Both the position numbers and the translations under genes were made by a program. Under the pieces are notes generated by a model. The model did no database searches. It was not told where the DNA came from and was given only the letters and a program-made list of their open reading frames with translations. DNA of 64,000 nt from Escherichia coli (GTDB taxonomy: Bacteria; Pseudomonadota; Gammaproteobacteria; Enterobacterales; Enterobacteriaceae): assembly GCF_003334405.1 (NCBI RefSeq), contig NZ_QOWM01000012.1; one strand, given 5' to 3'. Positions 52,099 through 62,433 of this stretch are shown piece by piece. Each line of letters opens with the position of its first letter. The first letter of the stretch is position 1.

Positions 52099-53235
52099 CT
52101 ACGAAAGCCCGCTCCCCGCAAGGACTGACGCCAGGTAGTTTCTGTCCATGGCTGCTTTTCGCATCTTACGTCTTAACCCTGCCTTGAATACCTTCTCATT
52201 CGTCAAAATATTAATAGCAATGTGCCGTATCCCTGAAAATAATTCTGCTGCGTTTCCTCTTCTTATTTTGTAGTCGTCTTCATTCATTACCACGTCCAGA
52301 CGCCTGTGCAGCTTATTCTCCACGTGCCAGTGGTTTCGGATTGCTGTGGCGAACTTCTCTGCGGTTAAATCAGCAGAACTGATATAATATCTGACCGTCA
52401 TTTCTGGCTCTTTCTTTTGTTCTGCTATTATTGACCGAAAGGAGACTGCCACGCATAATTTCTTCAGCCCTTTCCATTCAAACGTGAAATCAATAAGTTC
52501 ATCAGGGACATCGCAAACAATATGAAGACGGATTTCTTCTCTGCCGTGACTCTTTTCACTCATTGCGTAACTGTCATGCGCTGGATTATTTAATTCTTTC
52601 AGCGGAAATTTTTCCTCAAAGGCTTTATTTAGCCGCCCCTGGTTTCCTTTTACCGCGAATAAATAATCACCTCCCTGTTTTTGTATCTTCTCTGCAATAT
52701 CTTTCTGGCAACCCATCGCATCAGTTGTGATGATTTTTCCTTTAATATCCAGCATGTTAAGAAGTTCTGGGATAGCTGTAATCTCATTAGATTTCTCATC
52801 CGTCCTGATCTGTCCGATGACCAGACTGTGCATTGTTGAGAACGCACTAATGACATGAATCGCTCCCTTGCGGCGACTCTTGTCATAAGAATGCCGGAGT
52901 GTTTTTCCATCAATTGCGATGACGTCTTTATCATCTGAAGTATGGCAATCTCGCATCCAGTTAATAAAGCACTCGTGAAATTTTGAAGGACTGATACAGG
53001 ATACAACTCTGGCGATGGTATCGTGAACAGGAATACCATTTTCAAAATCACCATATTGTTTTAAAAAATCGAGATGTGTTTCCCCAAAATCCTCTATATC
53101 TTCCCAGCCTTCTGCACCAGAAATAACGGCACAAATAGTCAACAGTAGAATATCCGATAATTTATGTTCCACTTTCCAGGCTTGTCTGTAATCGGGGATA
53201 ATAGAAATATGTTCCATCAATTTTTTAAGTTCCAT
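52099..53235 (-). mobile_element. ISAs1-family (H-repeat) transposase, full-length ORF
   Basis: 378-aa [21 protein letters not shown]...; H-repeat-associated protein family typical next to Rhs elements; corresponds positionally to K-12 pseudogene yafF. Confidence 0.8.
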
Positions 53236-53333
53236 TTTGTTCTCCTTAATTATGTAAGGAGTATTTGATCATGTATAAGCAATAAAAAACAGCTTCAGGT
53301 AATGAGGAATATCTCAATTTTTAAACATAAAAT

Positions 53334-53632
53334 GCGAATTATTTAGTACAAAAAATCAGCGTTACGTGATCTTTCCCTGCCCCTGCGCTCACTACCATGG
53401 CTCTTTACCACAGCAGCCGGGGTTGTTTGGGACCGACTTCCGACAGCAGATCCCGGTGGGCCTGCCACCATCTCTTCACAAGCTTATGCTTATTACATGC
53501 AAAACGTCCCGTTTTGCATCTTTGTGCCTACGGCACACCGGTGATCTTTCCCTGATGAGGGATATATTAACTATTGAACATTAGCGCGAATTATTTAGTG
53601 CAAAAAATCAGCATCACGTGATGCTTTTCCTG
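53334..53632. repeat. pair of ~45-bp direct repeats flanking a ~200-bp GC-rich segment
   Basis: gcgaattatttagtRcaaaaaatcagcRtYacgtgatSttttcctgc at 53334-53379 and 53586-53632; core gtgatctttccctg also at 53541-53554. Confidence 0.4.
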
Positions 53633-53665
53633 CTATTAATAACCTCCTCTATTTAACTATATTTT

Positions 53666-54058
53666 TCATTGATGCAATTCGTAGATTTGAAGAAGTTCAA
53701 CTGCCACATTTTTATTTTTACTATCGCAATTTTTATACCATACCCATGCTTCCGTATTTTTTACTTTTTTTAAATCATCCATAATAAAATCCCCACCAAA
53801 AACAGTAAAATACAATGTTTCCTCATTAAAAATAAAACTCACTGCCCCCCCCTCTTTTATTTTAATTTCCGCTTCATTTGTGTTCAAATCAACTTTTTTA
53901 ATTACTCCATGTAAGTTGGGTTTTGATAGTTTTTCTACGCCACCATCAGGAGCGGGTAATATACATCGTTTAAGAACTTTAGCATTTGCACATCCAATAA
54001 CCCAAATTAGAATGCACACTCCCATGTTAATCGCATTAACGTGTCTTAAAACGTTCAT
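53666..54058 (-). CDS. candidate immunity lipoprotein for the Rhs C-terminal toxin
   Basis: 130-aa AT-rich ORF immediately downstream of rhs tip; N-terminal signal sequence with lipobox-like VIGC; start codon uncertain. Confidence 0.45.
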   Translation of the reverse strand: MNVLRHVNAINMGVCILIWVIGCANAKVLKRCILPAPDGGVEKLSKPNLHGVIKKVDLNTNEAEIKIKEGGAVSFIFNEETLYFTVFGGDFIMDDLKKVKNTEAWVWYKNCDSKNKNVAVELLQIYELHQ

Positions 54059-55478
54059 ATCTAATTCTCTCTCCAGGATGCGAATACATCCAACTTGTCA
54101 CTTTCTTACACAACTCATCTACATCTTCATTCTGTGCACGGGTACATCCCATAGTTGGTTTCCAGCCTTGTCGAGGAGCATAAGGATCGCGCAACGATGA
54201 TCCCCCACCATGTAGCCATCTTGCTCTAGTATCTGTAGTATAGATCTTCGTTGTGCCATATGCTGCCGATATTCCTGATTCATTTGTCTCACAACCAACG
54301 ACTTCACCTGTATATGGATCACCAGCACCACGTTGAGAACGACGATCAATTCTATTGCTACTATCAAAAGTCATTGAATCACCTGTTTCAGGATCATAAT
54401 AAATAGTCACTCCTCCAGTCATATCAGTAAGAACAAGAGGAGTTTCAGCACCTGCCCGGTCTGGAGCGGGAGGCCCATATACACTTATAACTCGTTCTAA
54501 CCCCAGTGGATCAGTGTAACGTATTGGTACCAGTGGATACGTGTATAGATTTATTCCCCCCTTCAACCCTATCGGATCCTGGGTGATATACCGCCCCTGC
54601 AACGGATCGTAGTACCGGTGACGGTTGTAATACAGTCCCGACTCCTCATCATACTGCTGCCCCGGCAGACGGAGTGACTGTTGAAGGTGCTGCGCACTGG
54701 TTTCGCCCAGCAGGTTTCCCCATTCGTCATACTCCCCGCACCACGCCGTTTCCCCTTCCGGGCTGATAAGCGCCTGCGGCAGTCCCCGGTGGTCACAGTG
54801 GTAAAGATGAAGTTTCCTCTCCGGGATGTATTCCGCCTCCATCTGCGCGGCCATCTGTTCCGCCGTCAGCCCGCACTGCGCAAGCCATGCCTCACTCTCC
54901 GCACTCACCGCTCCCGCGCGCAGTTCCCGCTCCAGCCTCCCCAGCATCACCGCCAGCTCCGCCGGGAGCGTCACACCCGTGTCCTCCTGCAACACCTCCG
55001 CCAGGCTCCGGTGCCGCGCCTTCGCCTGTTCGCCATTCTCTGTTTCGATTCTGATGAGCGGCGTGAAGCTCCCCGGCTGGTATACCGTCTGGATACGCGT
55101 GGTGCCGGTCTGTACCGTCGTCAGCCTGTCACCGTCCCACCCGTACCATGTCACCTCCGGTTTACGCGACAGCGACATCCACCCCGTCAGGTCACGCTCC
55201 CGCCGCCATACCCGTTTTCCCGTCCGGCGGCCCAGCGGGTCATAGAGGTACCGGCTCTCCACCTGTGGTTCGCCGTGCTGTATCCGCGTGTAGAACACCA
55301 GGCGGTGCTGGCTGTCGTAGTGGTAGTGGTGGGTCCGCTCGTCGTGCATCCGTATCACCCCTTCCGGGATGCGGTCCGTCTTCTCCGCCAGCCTGCCGTA
55401 TTCATCGTGGCGGTAGACATAGTGCGCATCTTCCGCGATGCGGTTACCCGGCGTTTTCCCCGATGCTGGTTGAGTGGC
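54036..55478 (-). CDS. rhs: Rhs protein C-terminal fragment (core repeats + DPLGL boundary + L,D-transpeptidase-like toxin domain)
   Basis: YD/Rhs repeats ([20 protein letters not shown]), conserved ...[26 protein letters not shown]...DPLGL core end, then 153-aa tip with LHGG...[15 protein letters not shown]; frame opens only at 55478, so N-terminal ~1000 aa absent. Confidence 0.7.
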   Translation of the reverse strand, partial: ATQPASGKTPGNRIAEDAHYVYRHDEYGRLAEKTDRIPEGVIRMHDERTHHYHYDSQHRLVFYTRIQHGEPQVESRYLYDPLGRRTGKRVWRRERDLTGWMSLSRKPEVTWYGWDGDRLTTVQTGTTRIQTVYQPGSFTPLIRIETENGEQAKARHRSLAEVLQEDTGVTLPAELAVMLGRLERELRAGAVSAESEAWLAQCGLTAEQMAAQMEAEYIPERKLHLYHCDHRGLPQALISPEGETAWCGEYDEWGNLLGETSAQHLQQSLRLPGQQYDEESGLYYNRHRYYDPLQGRYITQDPIGLKGGINLYTYPLVPIRYTDPLGLERVISVYGPPAPDRAGAETPLVLTDMTGGVTIYYDPETGDSMTFDSSNRIDRRSQRGAGDPYTGEVVGCETNESGISAAYGTTKIYTTDTRARWLHGGGSSLRDPYAPRQGWKPTMGCTRAQNEDVDELCKKVTSWMYSHPGERIRYERFKTR

Positions 55479-57958
55479 TTAAAGAGGGCTGGCTGCTGGC
55501 GTCGGCTGAGATGCAGCACAGCGAACTGCGCGGCGGCGTGTTGCTGCTGGCCCTGCTGCATTCGCCGCTGCGTTATATACCGCCTGCTGCCGCCCGGCTG
55601 TTGACCGGCATTAACCGTGACCGTCTGCAACAGGACTTTGTGCAGTGGACACAGGAGTCGGCGGAATCAGTCGTGCCGGATGCAGACGGTAAAGGCGCAG
55701 GCACAATGACGGACGCCTCTGACACCCTGCTTGCCCGCTATGCCAAAAACATGACCGCAGACGCCCGTAACGGCAGGCTTGACCCGGTACTGTGCCGCGA
55801 CCACGAAATCGACCTGATGATCGACATTCTCTGCCGCCGCCGTAAAAACAACCCGGTGGTGGTGGGCGAAGCGGGCGTGGGCAAAAGCGCACTGATTGAA
55901 GGGCTGGCGCTGCGCATCGTGGCAGGCCAGGTGCCGGACAAGCTGAAAAACACCGATATCATGACCCTTGACTTGGGCGCATTGCAGGCCGGGGCGTCGG
56001 TGAAGGGTGAATTCGAAAAACGTTTCAAAGGGCTGATGGCGGAGGTCATTTCCTCCCCGGTGCCGGTCATTCTGTTTATCGACGAAGCACATACCCTGAT
56101 TGGCGCGGGCAACCAGCAGGGCGGGCTGGATATCTCCAACCTGCTCAAACCGGCGCTGGCGCGCGGCGAGCTGAAAACCATCGCCGCCACCACCTGGAGC
56201 GAGTACAAAAAATACTTCGAAAAAGATGCCGCCCTGTCGCGCCGCTTCCAGTTGGTGAAGGTCAGCGAACCCAACGCTGCCGAAGCCACCATTATTCTGC
56301 GCGGTCTGTCGGCGGTCTATGAACAGTCTCACGGCGTGCTGATTGATGATGACGCCTTGCAGGCCGCTGCGACATTAAGCGAGCGTTATCTCTCCGGGCG
56401 TCAGTTACCGGACAAAGCGATTGATGTGCTGGATACCGCCTGCGCCCGTGTGGCCATCAACCTGTCGTCGCCGCCGAAGCAAATCTCGGCGCTGACCACT
56501 CTGAGCCACCAGCAGGAGGCGGAAATTCGCCAGCTTGAGCGCGAGCTTCGCATCGGACTGCGTACCGACACATCACGGATGACAGAGGTGCTGGTGCAGT
56601 ATGATGAAACGCTGACGGCGCTGGATGAACTGGAAGCGGCCTGGCACCAGCAGCAGACGCTGGTCCGGGAGATTATCGCGCTGCGCCAGCAGTTACTGGG
56701 CGTGGCAGAGGACGATGCGGCGCCGTTGCCGGACGCAGATACCGTGGAGGATACGCAGCCAGAGTCAGAGTCAGAACAGGATAATACCGGTGCCGTACCG
56801 GCTGATGAGGCCGACAGAGAACAACCGGAAGAGACCGCTGAAACAGTTTCCCCGGTACAGCGGCTGGCCCAGCTCACTGCCGAACTGGACGCCCTGCATA
56901 ACGACCGGTTGCTGGTCTCCCCGCACGTCGATAAAAAACAGATTGCGGCGGTGATTGCCGAATGGACCGGCGTGCCGCTCAACCGCCTGTCGCAGAATGA
57001 AATGTCGGTCATCACCGACCTGACGAAATGGCTGGGTGACACCATCAAAGGCCAGGACCTGGCGATTGCCAGCCTGCATAAGCATCTACTGACCGCACGC
57101 GCCGACCTGCGTCGTCCGGGACGCCCGCTCGGTGCGTTCCTGCTGGCTGGCCCCAGCGGTGTGGGTAAAACCGAAACCGTCCTGCAACTGGCAGAGCTGC
57201 TCTACGGCGGTCGCCAGTACCTGACCACCATCAATATGTCCGAATTCCAGGAGAAACACACCGTCTCGCGGCTGATTGGTTCGCCTCCGGGCTACGTTGG
57301 CTACGGTGAAGGCGGCGTACTGACCGAAGCGATTCGTCAGAAACCCTACTCGGTAGTACTGCTCGATGAAGTGGAAAAAGCGCACCCGGATGTGCTCAAC
57401 CTGTTCTACCAGGCGTTCGATAAGGGCGAAATGGCAGACGGTGAAGGCCGCCTGATTGACTGCAAAAATATCGTCTTCTTCCTGACGTCCAACCTCGGCT
57501 ACCAGGTAATAGTCGAGCATGCCGATGACCCGGAAACCATGCAGGAAGTACTGTATCCGGTGCTGGCCGACTTCTTCAAACCTGCCCTGCTGGCGCGTAT
57601 GGAAGTGGTGCCGTATCTGCCGCTGTCGAAAGAGACGCTCGCCACCATTATCGCCGGAAAACTGGCCCGTCTGGATAACGTGCTGCGCAGTCGCTTTGGT
57701 GCAGAAGTGGTCATTGAACCGGAAGTGACGGACGAAATCATGAGCCGCGTCACCCGCGCGGAAAACGGCGCGAGGATGCTGGAATCGGTCATCGATGGCG
57801 ACATGCTACCGCCGCTCTCGCTGCTGCTGTTGCAGAAAATGGCGGCTAACACGGCGATTGCCCGGATTCGGTTGTCGGCAGTGGACGGCGCATTTACGGC
57901 AGACGTGGAAGATGCTCAGAACGACGAGTCCGTCACAAAGGATGAAACGGTTTTATGA
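55463..57958 (+). CDS. clpV: ClpV-like AAA+ ATPase (TssH), 5-prime end abutting rhs fragment; N-domain short or truncated
   Basis: Two AAA+ modules (GEAGVGKSA; GPSGVGKTE); N-terminal segment [10 protein letters not shown]...; only ~85 aa precede the linker ([19 protein letters not shown]) versus ~150 expected; no RBS or intergenic space. Confidence 0.7.
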   Translation: MLVEWLKEGWLLASAEMQHSELRGGVLLLALLHSPLRYIPPAAARLLTGINRDRLQQDFVQWTQESAESVVPDADGKGAGTMTDASDTLLARYAKNMTADARNGRLDPVLCRDHEIDLMIDILCRRRKNNPVVVGEAGVGKSALIEGLALRIVAGQVPDKLKNTDIMTLDLGALQAGASVKGEFEKRFKGLMAEVISSPVPVILFIDEAHTLIGAGNQQGGLDISNLLKPALARGELKTIAATTWSEYKKYFEKDAALSRRFQLVKVSEPNAAEATIILRGLSAVYEQSHGVLIDDDALQAAATLSERYLSGRQLPDKAIDVLDTACARVAINLSSPPKQISALTTLSHQQEAEIRQLERELRIGLRTDTSRMTEVLVQYDETLTALDELEAAWHQQQTLVREIIALRQQLLGVAEDDAAPLPDADTVEDTQPESESEQDNTGAVPADEADREQPEETAETVSPVQRLAQLTAELDALHNDRLLVSPHVDKKQIAAVIAEWTGVPLNRLSQNEMSVITDLTKWLGDTIKGQDLAIASLHKHLLTARADLRRPGRPLGAFLLAGPSGVGKTETVLQLAELLYGGRQYLTTINMSEFQEKHTVSRLIGSPPGYVGYGEGGVLTEAIRQKPYSVVLLDEVEKAHPDVLNLFYQAFDKGEMADGEGRLIDCKNIVFFLTSNLGYQVIVEHADDPETMQEVLYPVLADFFKPALLARMEVVPYLPLSKETLATIIAGKLARLDNVLRSRFGAEVVIEPEVTDEIMSRVTRAENGARMLESVIDGDMLPPLSLLLLQKMAANTAIARIRLSAVDGAFTADVEDAQNDESVTKDETVL

Positions 57959-58698
57959 GCAGGTTGCGCGTTTTCCGGCAGACAGGATGGTTTATCGCGG
58001 GCCTGATGACGGGCTTACCCGCCACTGCCGCGCCCGCAGAAGCATCGTCAATGGCCGGTGTGGCGGTCGCCGTCGCCACCACGACCCCGCCGGATGCGAC
58101 AGCCACGTTACAGGCCATACAGTCCTGTCGGCGGGAGTCCGCGGCGCTGGAGCGGCTTGACTGCTATGACCGCCTGCTGGCACCGCTGTCCCCGTCAGGG
58201 TTTGACGGGGCGCTGGTCAAAGCCGGTTTTGTGGGCGAGGCCTGGACCCGCGCCACAGAGCAGGAAAAACGCCGCGAGGGCAACACCACAGAACTGCTGG
58301 TGACGCAGGTGCCGGGGGAGCGCCCGACGGTGGTGATAACCACCCCGGCTATCGGTCATGTTCCGCCACGCCCGGTGCTGATGTTCAGTTGCGTGGACAA
58401 TATCACCCGGATGCAGGTGGCGCTGATGCACCCTCTGGATGTCCATGATATCGCCGTCACTCTGAATGCCGACAACCGGGCATTGCGCAGCCACTGGTTT
58501 GTGCGCGAGAACGGCACCCTGCTGGAGTCCAGCCGGGGGTTATCCGGGATTGATGAAATTAAGCAACTGTTCGGCGCAAAAACGCTGACGGTGGATACCA
58601 GGGACGACGTATCGGGCCTTATGTGGAACAGACCTATCTGCAACTGCTGGAGCAACGTTACCTGCCCTCGCTGTTTAACGGGCTGGTCAAAGCGATGA
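57955..58698 (+). CDS. secreted protein, possibly T6SS-associated (VasI-like); 3-prime end runs into tssM fragment
   Basis: Signal peptide [30 protein letters not shown]; ATGA overlap with clpV stop; assignment by position and composition only. Confidence 0.35.
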   Translation: MSRLRVFRQTGWFIAGLMTGLPATAAPAEASSMAGVAVAVATTTPPDATATLQAIQSCRRESAALERLDCYDRLLAPLSPSGFDGALVKAGFVGEAWTRATEQEKRREGNTTELLVTQVPGERPTVVITTPAIGHVPPRPVLMFSCVDNITRMQVALMHPLDVHDIAVTLNADNRALRSHWFVRENGTLLESSRGLSGIDEIKQLFGAKTLTVDTRDDVSGLMWNRPICNCWSNVTCPRCLTGWSKR

Positions 58699-60521
58699 AC
58701 GCCGCGCCGCCGGAGAGTGAAGAAAAACTCGCGGTGCTGCGCGTAATGCGAATGCTGGAGGACAAAAGCGGACGTAACAATGAGGTGGTGAAGCAGTATA
58801 TGGCAAAACGCTGGAGCGAAAAATTCCACGGCCAGCGCGATATCCAGGCACAACTGATGTCCCATCTTGACTACGCGCTGGCTCATACTGACTGGCATGC
58901 AGAGCGTCAGGCGGGCGACGGTGACGCCATCAGCCGCTGGACGCCATATGACAAGCCCGTGGTATCAGCACAGAAAGAACTGAGCAAACTGCCTGTCTAC
59001 CAGCGGGTTTACCAGAGCCTGAAAACGCGGGCGCTGGGCGTTCTTCCTGCCGACCTCAATCTGCGTGACCAGGTAGGGCCAACCTTTGACCAGGTGTTTA
59101 CATCTGCCGATGACAACAAACTGGTTGTTCCACAGTTTCTTACCCGTTACGGCCTGCAAAGCTATTTTGTAAAACAGCGCGATGAACTGGTTGAACTGAC
59201 GGCGATGGATTCCTGGGTACTTAACCTTACCCGCAGCGTGAAATACAGTGACGCCGACCGCGCGGAAATCCAGCGCCAGTTGACCGAGCAGTATATCAGC
59301 GACTACACCGCCACCTGGCGGGCCGGGATGGACAATCTGAATATCCGCAATTTTGAGTCCATCGGACAACTGACCGGGGCGCTGGAGCAGGTTATCAGCG
59401 GCGACCAGCCTTTGCAGCGGGCGCTGACCGTCCTGCGTGACAACACACAGCCAGGCGTCTTTTCTGAAAAACTCTCTGCCAAAGAACGGGAGGAAGCCCT
59501 GGCAGAGCCGGATTACCAGTTACTCACCCGCCTCGGGCATGAATTCGCCCCGGAAAACAGTACCCTGGCAGTACAGAAAGACAAAGAAAGCACGATGCAG
59601 GCCGTGTATCAGCAACTCACCGAGTTGCACCGCTACCTGCTGGCAATCCAGAACGCGCCTGTACCAGGGAAATCGGCGCTGAAAGCCGTGCAGTTACGGC
59701 TTGATCAGAACAGCAGCGATCCGATATTCGCCACCCGCCAGATGGCAAAAACGCTGCCTGCTCCGCTCAACCGCTGGGTTGGCAGACTGACTGACCAGGC
59801 CTGGCATGTGGTGATGGTGGAGGCTGTTCATTATATGGAAGTGGACTGGCGCGACAGCGTGGTGAAACCGTTTAACGAGCAACTGGCAAATAACTATCCG
59901 TTTAATCCGCGTTCTGCACAGGATGCCTCACTGGATGCCTTCGAACGCTTCTTTAAACCGGATGGCATACTGGATACCTTCTACCAGCAGAACCTGAAGC
60001 TGTTTATCGATAATGACCTGAGTCTGGAGGATGGCGATAACAACGTCATTATTCGCGAAGATATTATTGCGCAACTGGAAACTGCGCAGAAAATCCGTGA
60101 CATCTTCTTCAGCAAACAGAACGGTCTGGGAACATCCTTTGCCGTGGAAACGGTATCGCTTTCAGGCAATAAACGCCGCAGTGTACTGAACCTTGACGGT
60201 CAGTTAGTCGATTACAGCCAGGGCCGTAACTATACCGCCCATCTGGTCTGGCCTAACAACATGCGCGAAGGCAACGAAAGTAAGCTGACGCTCATCGGCA
60301 CCAGCGGCAACGCGCCGCGCAGTATCAGCTTCAGCGGGCCGTGGGCGCAGTTCCGCCTGTTCGGGGCCGGACAACTGACCGGAGTACAGGATGGCAACTT
60401 TACCGTGCGCTTTAGCGTGGACGGTGGCGCGATGACCTACCGTGTGCATACCGACACGGAAGATAACCCGTTCAGCGGTGGGTTGTTCAGCCAGTTTGGT
60501 CTGTCAGACACACTGTACTGA
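58623..60521 (+). pseudogene. tssM: TssM (IcmF) C-terminal fragment, lacks N-terminal TM/NTPase region
   Basis: 632-aa ORF resembling the periplasmic IcmF-related and C-terminal domains (…FERFFKPDGILDTFYQQNL…, …FRLFGAGQLTG…); frame opens at ~58563 with GTG start only. Confidence 0.5.
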
Positions 60522-60531
60522 GGAGGCAGGG

Positions 60532-61884
60532 ATGAATAGTAACGTACTGACACAAACTATCGTTACCGGCAGTGACCCGCGCGGGCTGCCGGAATTCAGC
60601 GCCATCCGCGAGGAAATAAACAAAGCCAGCCACCCGTCACAGCCTGAGCTGAACTGGAAACTGGTGGAGTCGCTGGCGCTGGCGATTTTTAAAGCCAACG
60701 GTGTGGATTTACACACCGCCACCTACTATACGCTTGCCCGGACACGGACACAGGGACTGGCGGGATTCTGCGAAGGTGCGGAACTGCTGGCGGCAATGGT
60801 AAGCCACGACTGGGATAAGTTCTGGCCGCAGGGCGGCCCGGCGCGTACTGAAATGCTGGACTGGTTTAACTCCCGAACCGGCAATATTCTGCGTCAGCAA
60901 ATCTCCTTTGCGGAATCCGACCTACCACTGATCTACCGCACAGAGCGGGCATTGCAGCTTATCTGCGATAAGCTCCAGCAGGTGGAACTGAAGCGCGTTC
61001 CGCGCGTGGAGAATCTGCTCTATTTTATGCAGAACACGCGTAAACGGCTTGAACCCCAGCTGAAGAGTAACACTGAGAACGCCGCACAGACCACGGTCAG
61101 AACGCTGATTTATGCCCCGGAAACACAGGCATCTTCCACACCAGAAGCGGTAGTGCCTCCCCTGCCCGGCCTGCCTGAGATGAAAGTGGAAGTGCGCAGT
61201 CTGACAGAGAATCCCCCACAGGCCAGTGTGATAAAGCAAGGCAGTACGGTAAGAGGGTTTATCGCAGGGATCGCCTGTTCAGTGGCTGTCGCCTCAGCAT
61301 TGTGGTGGTGGCAGGTCTATCCGGTGCAGCAGCAACTGTTACAGGTTAACGACACCGCTCAGGGCGCAGCAACGGTGTGGATGGCCTCACCTGAACTCGA
61401 AAACTATGAGCGCAGGCTGCAACAACTTCTTGATACCTCCCCGGTACAGCCGCTGGAAACCGGGATGCAGATGATGCGTGTTGCCGACAGTCGCTGGCCG
61501 GAAAGCCTGCAACAGCAACAGGCCTCGACACAATGGAATGAGGCACTCAAAACCCGCGCACAGAGTAGCCCGCAGTTGCGTGGCTGGTTGCAGACCCGCC
61601 AGGACTTACATGCTTTTGCAGATCTAGTGATGCAGCGCGAGAAAGAGGGACTAACCCTTTCCTATATCAAAAATGTCATCTGGCAGGCGGAGCGGGGACT
61701 GGGGCAGGAAACACCCGTTGAGTCTCTGTTGACGCAGTACCATGATGCCCGTGCGCAGAAGCAGAATACAGATGCGCTGGAAAAACAAATTAATGAGCGA
61801 CTCGAAGGTGTGTTAAGCCGCTGGCTGCTGCTGAAGAATAACGTCATGCCAGAGGCGGCAACCGGTACCACGGCCGAAAAATAA
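60532..61884 (+). CDS. TssA-like (ImpA N-domain) protein with C-proximal TM helix (VasL/TagA-like)
   Basis: RBS GAGGAGG then ATG; N-terminal ...LPEFSAIREEINK...NWKLVESLALAIFKANGVDLHTATYYTLARTRTQGLAGFCEGAELLAAM resembles ImpA_N; TM segment GFIAGIACSVAVASALWWW. Confidence 0.55.
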   Translation: MNSNVLTQTIVTGSDPRGLPEFSAIREEINKASHPSQPELNWKLVESLALAIFKANGVDLHTATYYTLARTRTQGLAGFCEGAELLAAMVSHDWDKFWPQGGPARTEMLDWFNSRTGNILRQQISFAESDLPLIYRTERALQLICDKLQQVELKRVPRVENLLYFMQNTRKRLEPQLKSNTENAAQTTVRTLIYAPETQASSTPEAVVPPLPGLPEMKVEVRSLTENPPQASVIKQGSTVRGFIAGIACSVAVASALWWWQVYPVQQQLLQVNDTAQGAATVWMASPELENYERRLQQLLDTSPVQPLETGMQMMRVADSRWPESLQQQQASTQWNEALKTRAQSSPQLRGWLQTRQDLHAFADLVMQREKEGLTLSYIKNVIWQAERGLGQETPVESLLTQYHDARAQKQNTDALEKQINERLEGVLSRWLLLKNNVMPEAATGTTAEK

Positions 61885-61907
61885 TTATTTAATTAAAGGA
61901 GATTATC

Positions 61908-62390
61908 ATGGCAAATATAAGTTATTTATCTTTGAGTGGAGAGACACAAGGGCTAATTTCAGCAGGTTGCTCAACGCTTGATTCTGTCGGAAACAAAGCG
62001 CAGCCAGAACATAAAGATCAGATCATGGTTTATGCGTTAATGCATTCCATCTCAAGAAGTCAAAATGTCAATCATCATGAATTAATTATCACCAAACCGG
62101 TTGATAAATCCTCACCATTGCTGGCAAAAGCACTTAGTGACAATGAAAAAATGGCAATATGTGAATTTATACTCTACCGAACCAGTAAAGCGGGTATTTA
62201 CCAGCCTTATTATAAAATAAATCTGTCAAAAGCCCGAATATCAAGTATTGATTTTGTCACACCGCATGCTGTCCTGGAAAAAGAACTGGAACCACAGGAG
62301 AGAATTGCCTTTATTTATGAAGATATTTCCTGGGAGCATACGTTAGCCGGTACGAATGCAATGAGTAAATGGCAGGATCGTGTACAGTAA
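61908..62390 (+). CDS. hcp: Hcp (TssD) type VI secretion tube protein
   Basis: 160 aa; alignable to Hcp blocks: ITKPVDKSSPLLAKALSDNEKMAICEF, YYKINLSKARISSIDF, ERIAFIYEDISWEH; RBS AAGGAG. Confidence 0.85.
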   Translation: MANISYLSLSGETQGLISAGCSTLDSVGNKAQPEHKDQIMVYALMHSISRSQNVNHHELIITKPVDKSSPLLAKALSDNEKMAICEFILYRTSKAGIYQPYYKINLSKARISSIDFVTPHAVLEKELEPQERIAFIYEDISWEHTLAGTNAMSKWQDRVQ

Positions 62391-62433
62391 CTTACTGTAA
62401 TAACATAATAAATTACTATTGCGGAGAGATAAA

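Noticed and set aside
55148-55462. N-terminal 105-aa extension of the clpV ORF in the supplied track
   Set aside because: This stretch is the reverse strand of Rhs-coding sequence and translates to Pro/Gly/Arg-rich junk; ClpV-like similarity begins at the ATG at 55463
54681-55604. 307-aa plus-strand ORF across the rhs fragment
   Set aside because: Antisense to clear Rhs repeat sequence; Arg/Pro-rich composition; no start context
60442-60531. Upstream extension of the TssA/VasL-like ORF
   Set aside because: Overlaps the tssM 3-prime end; a strong RBS (GAGGAGG) precedes the ATG at 60532, which is the more plausible start
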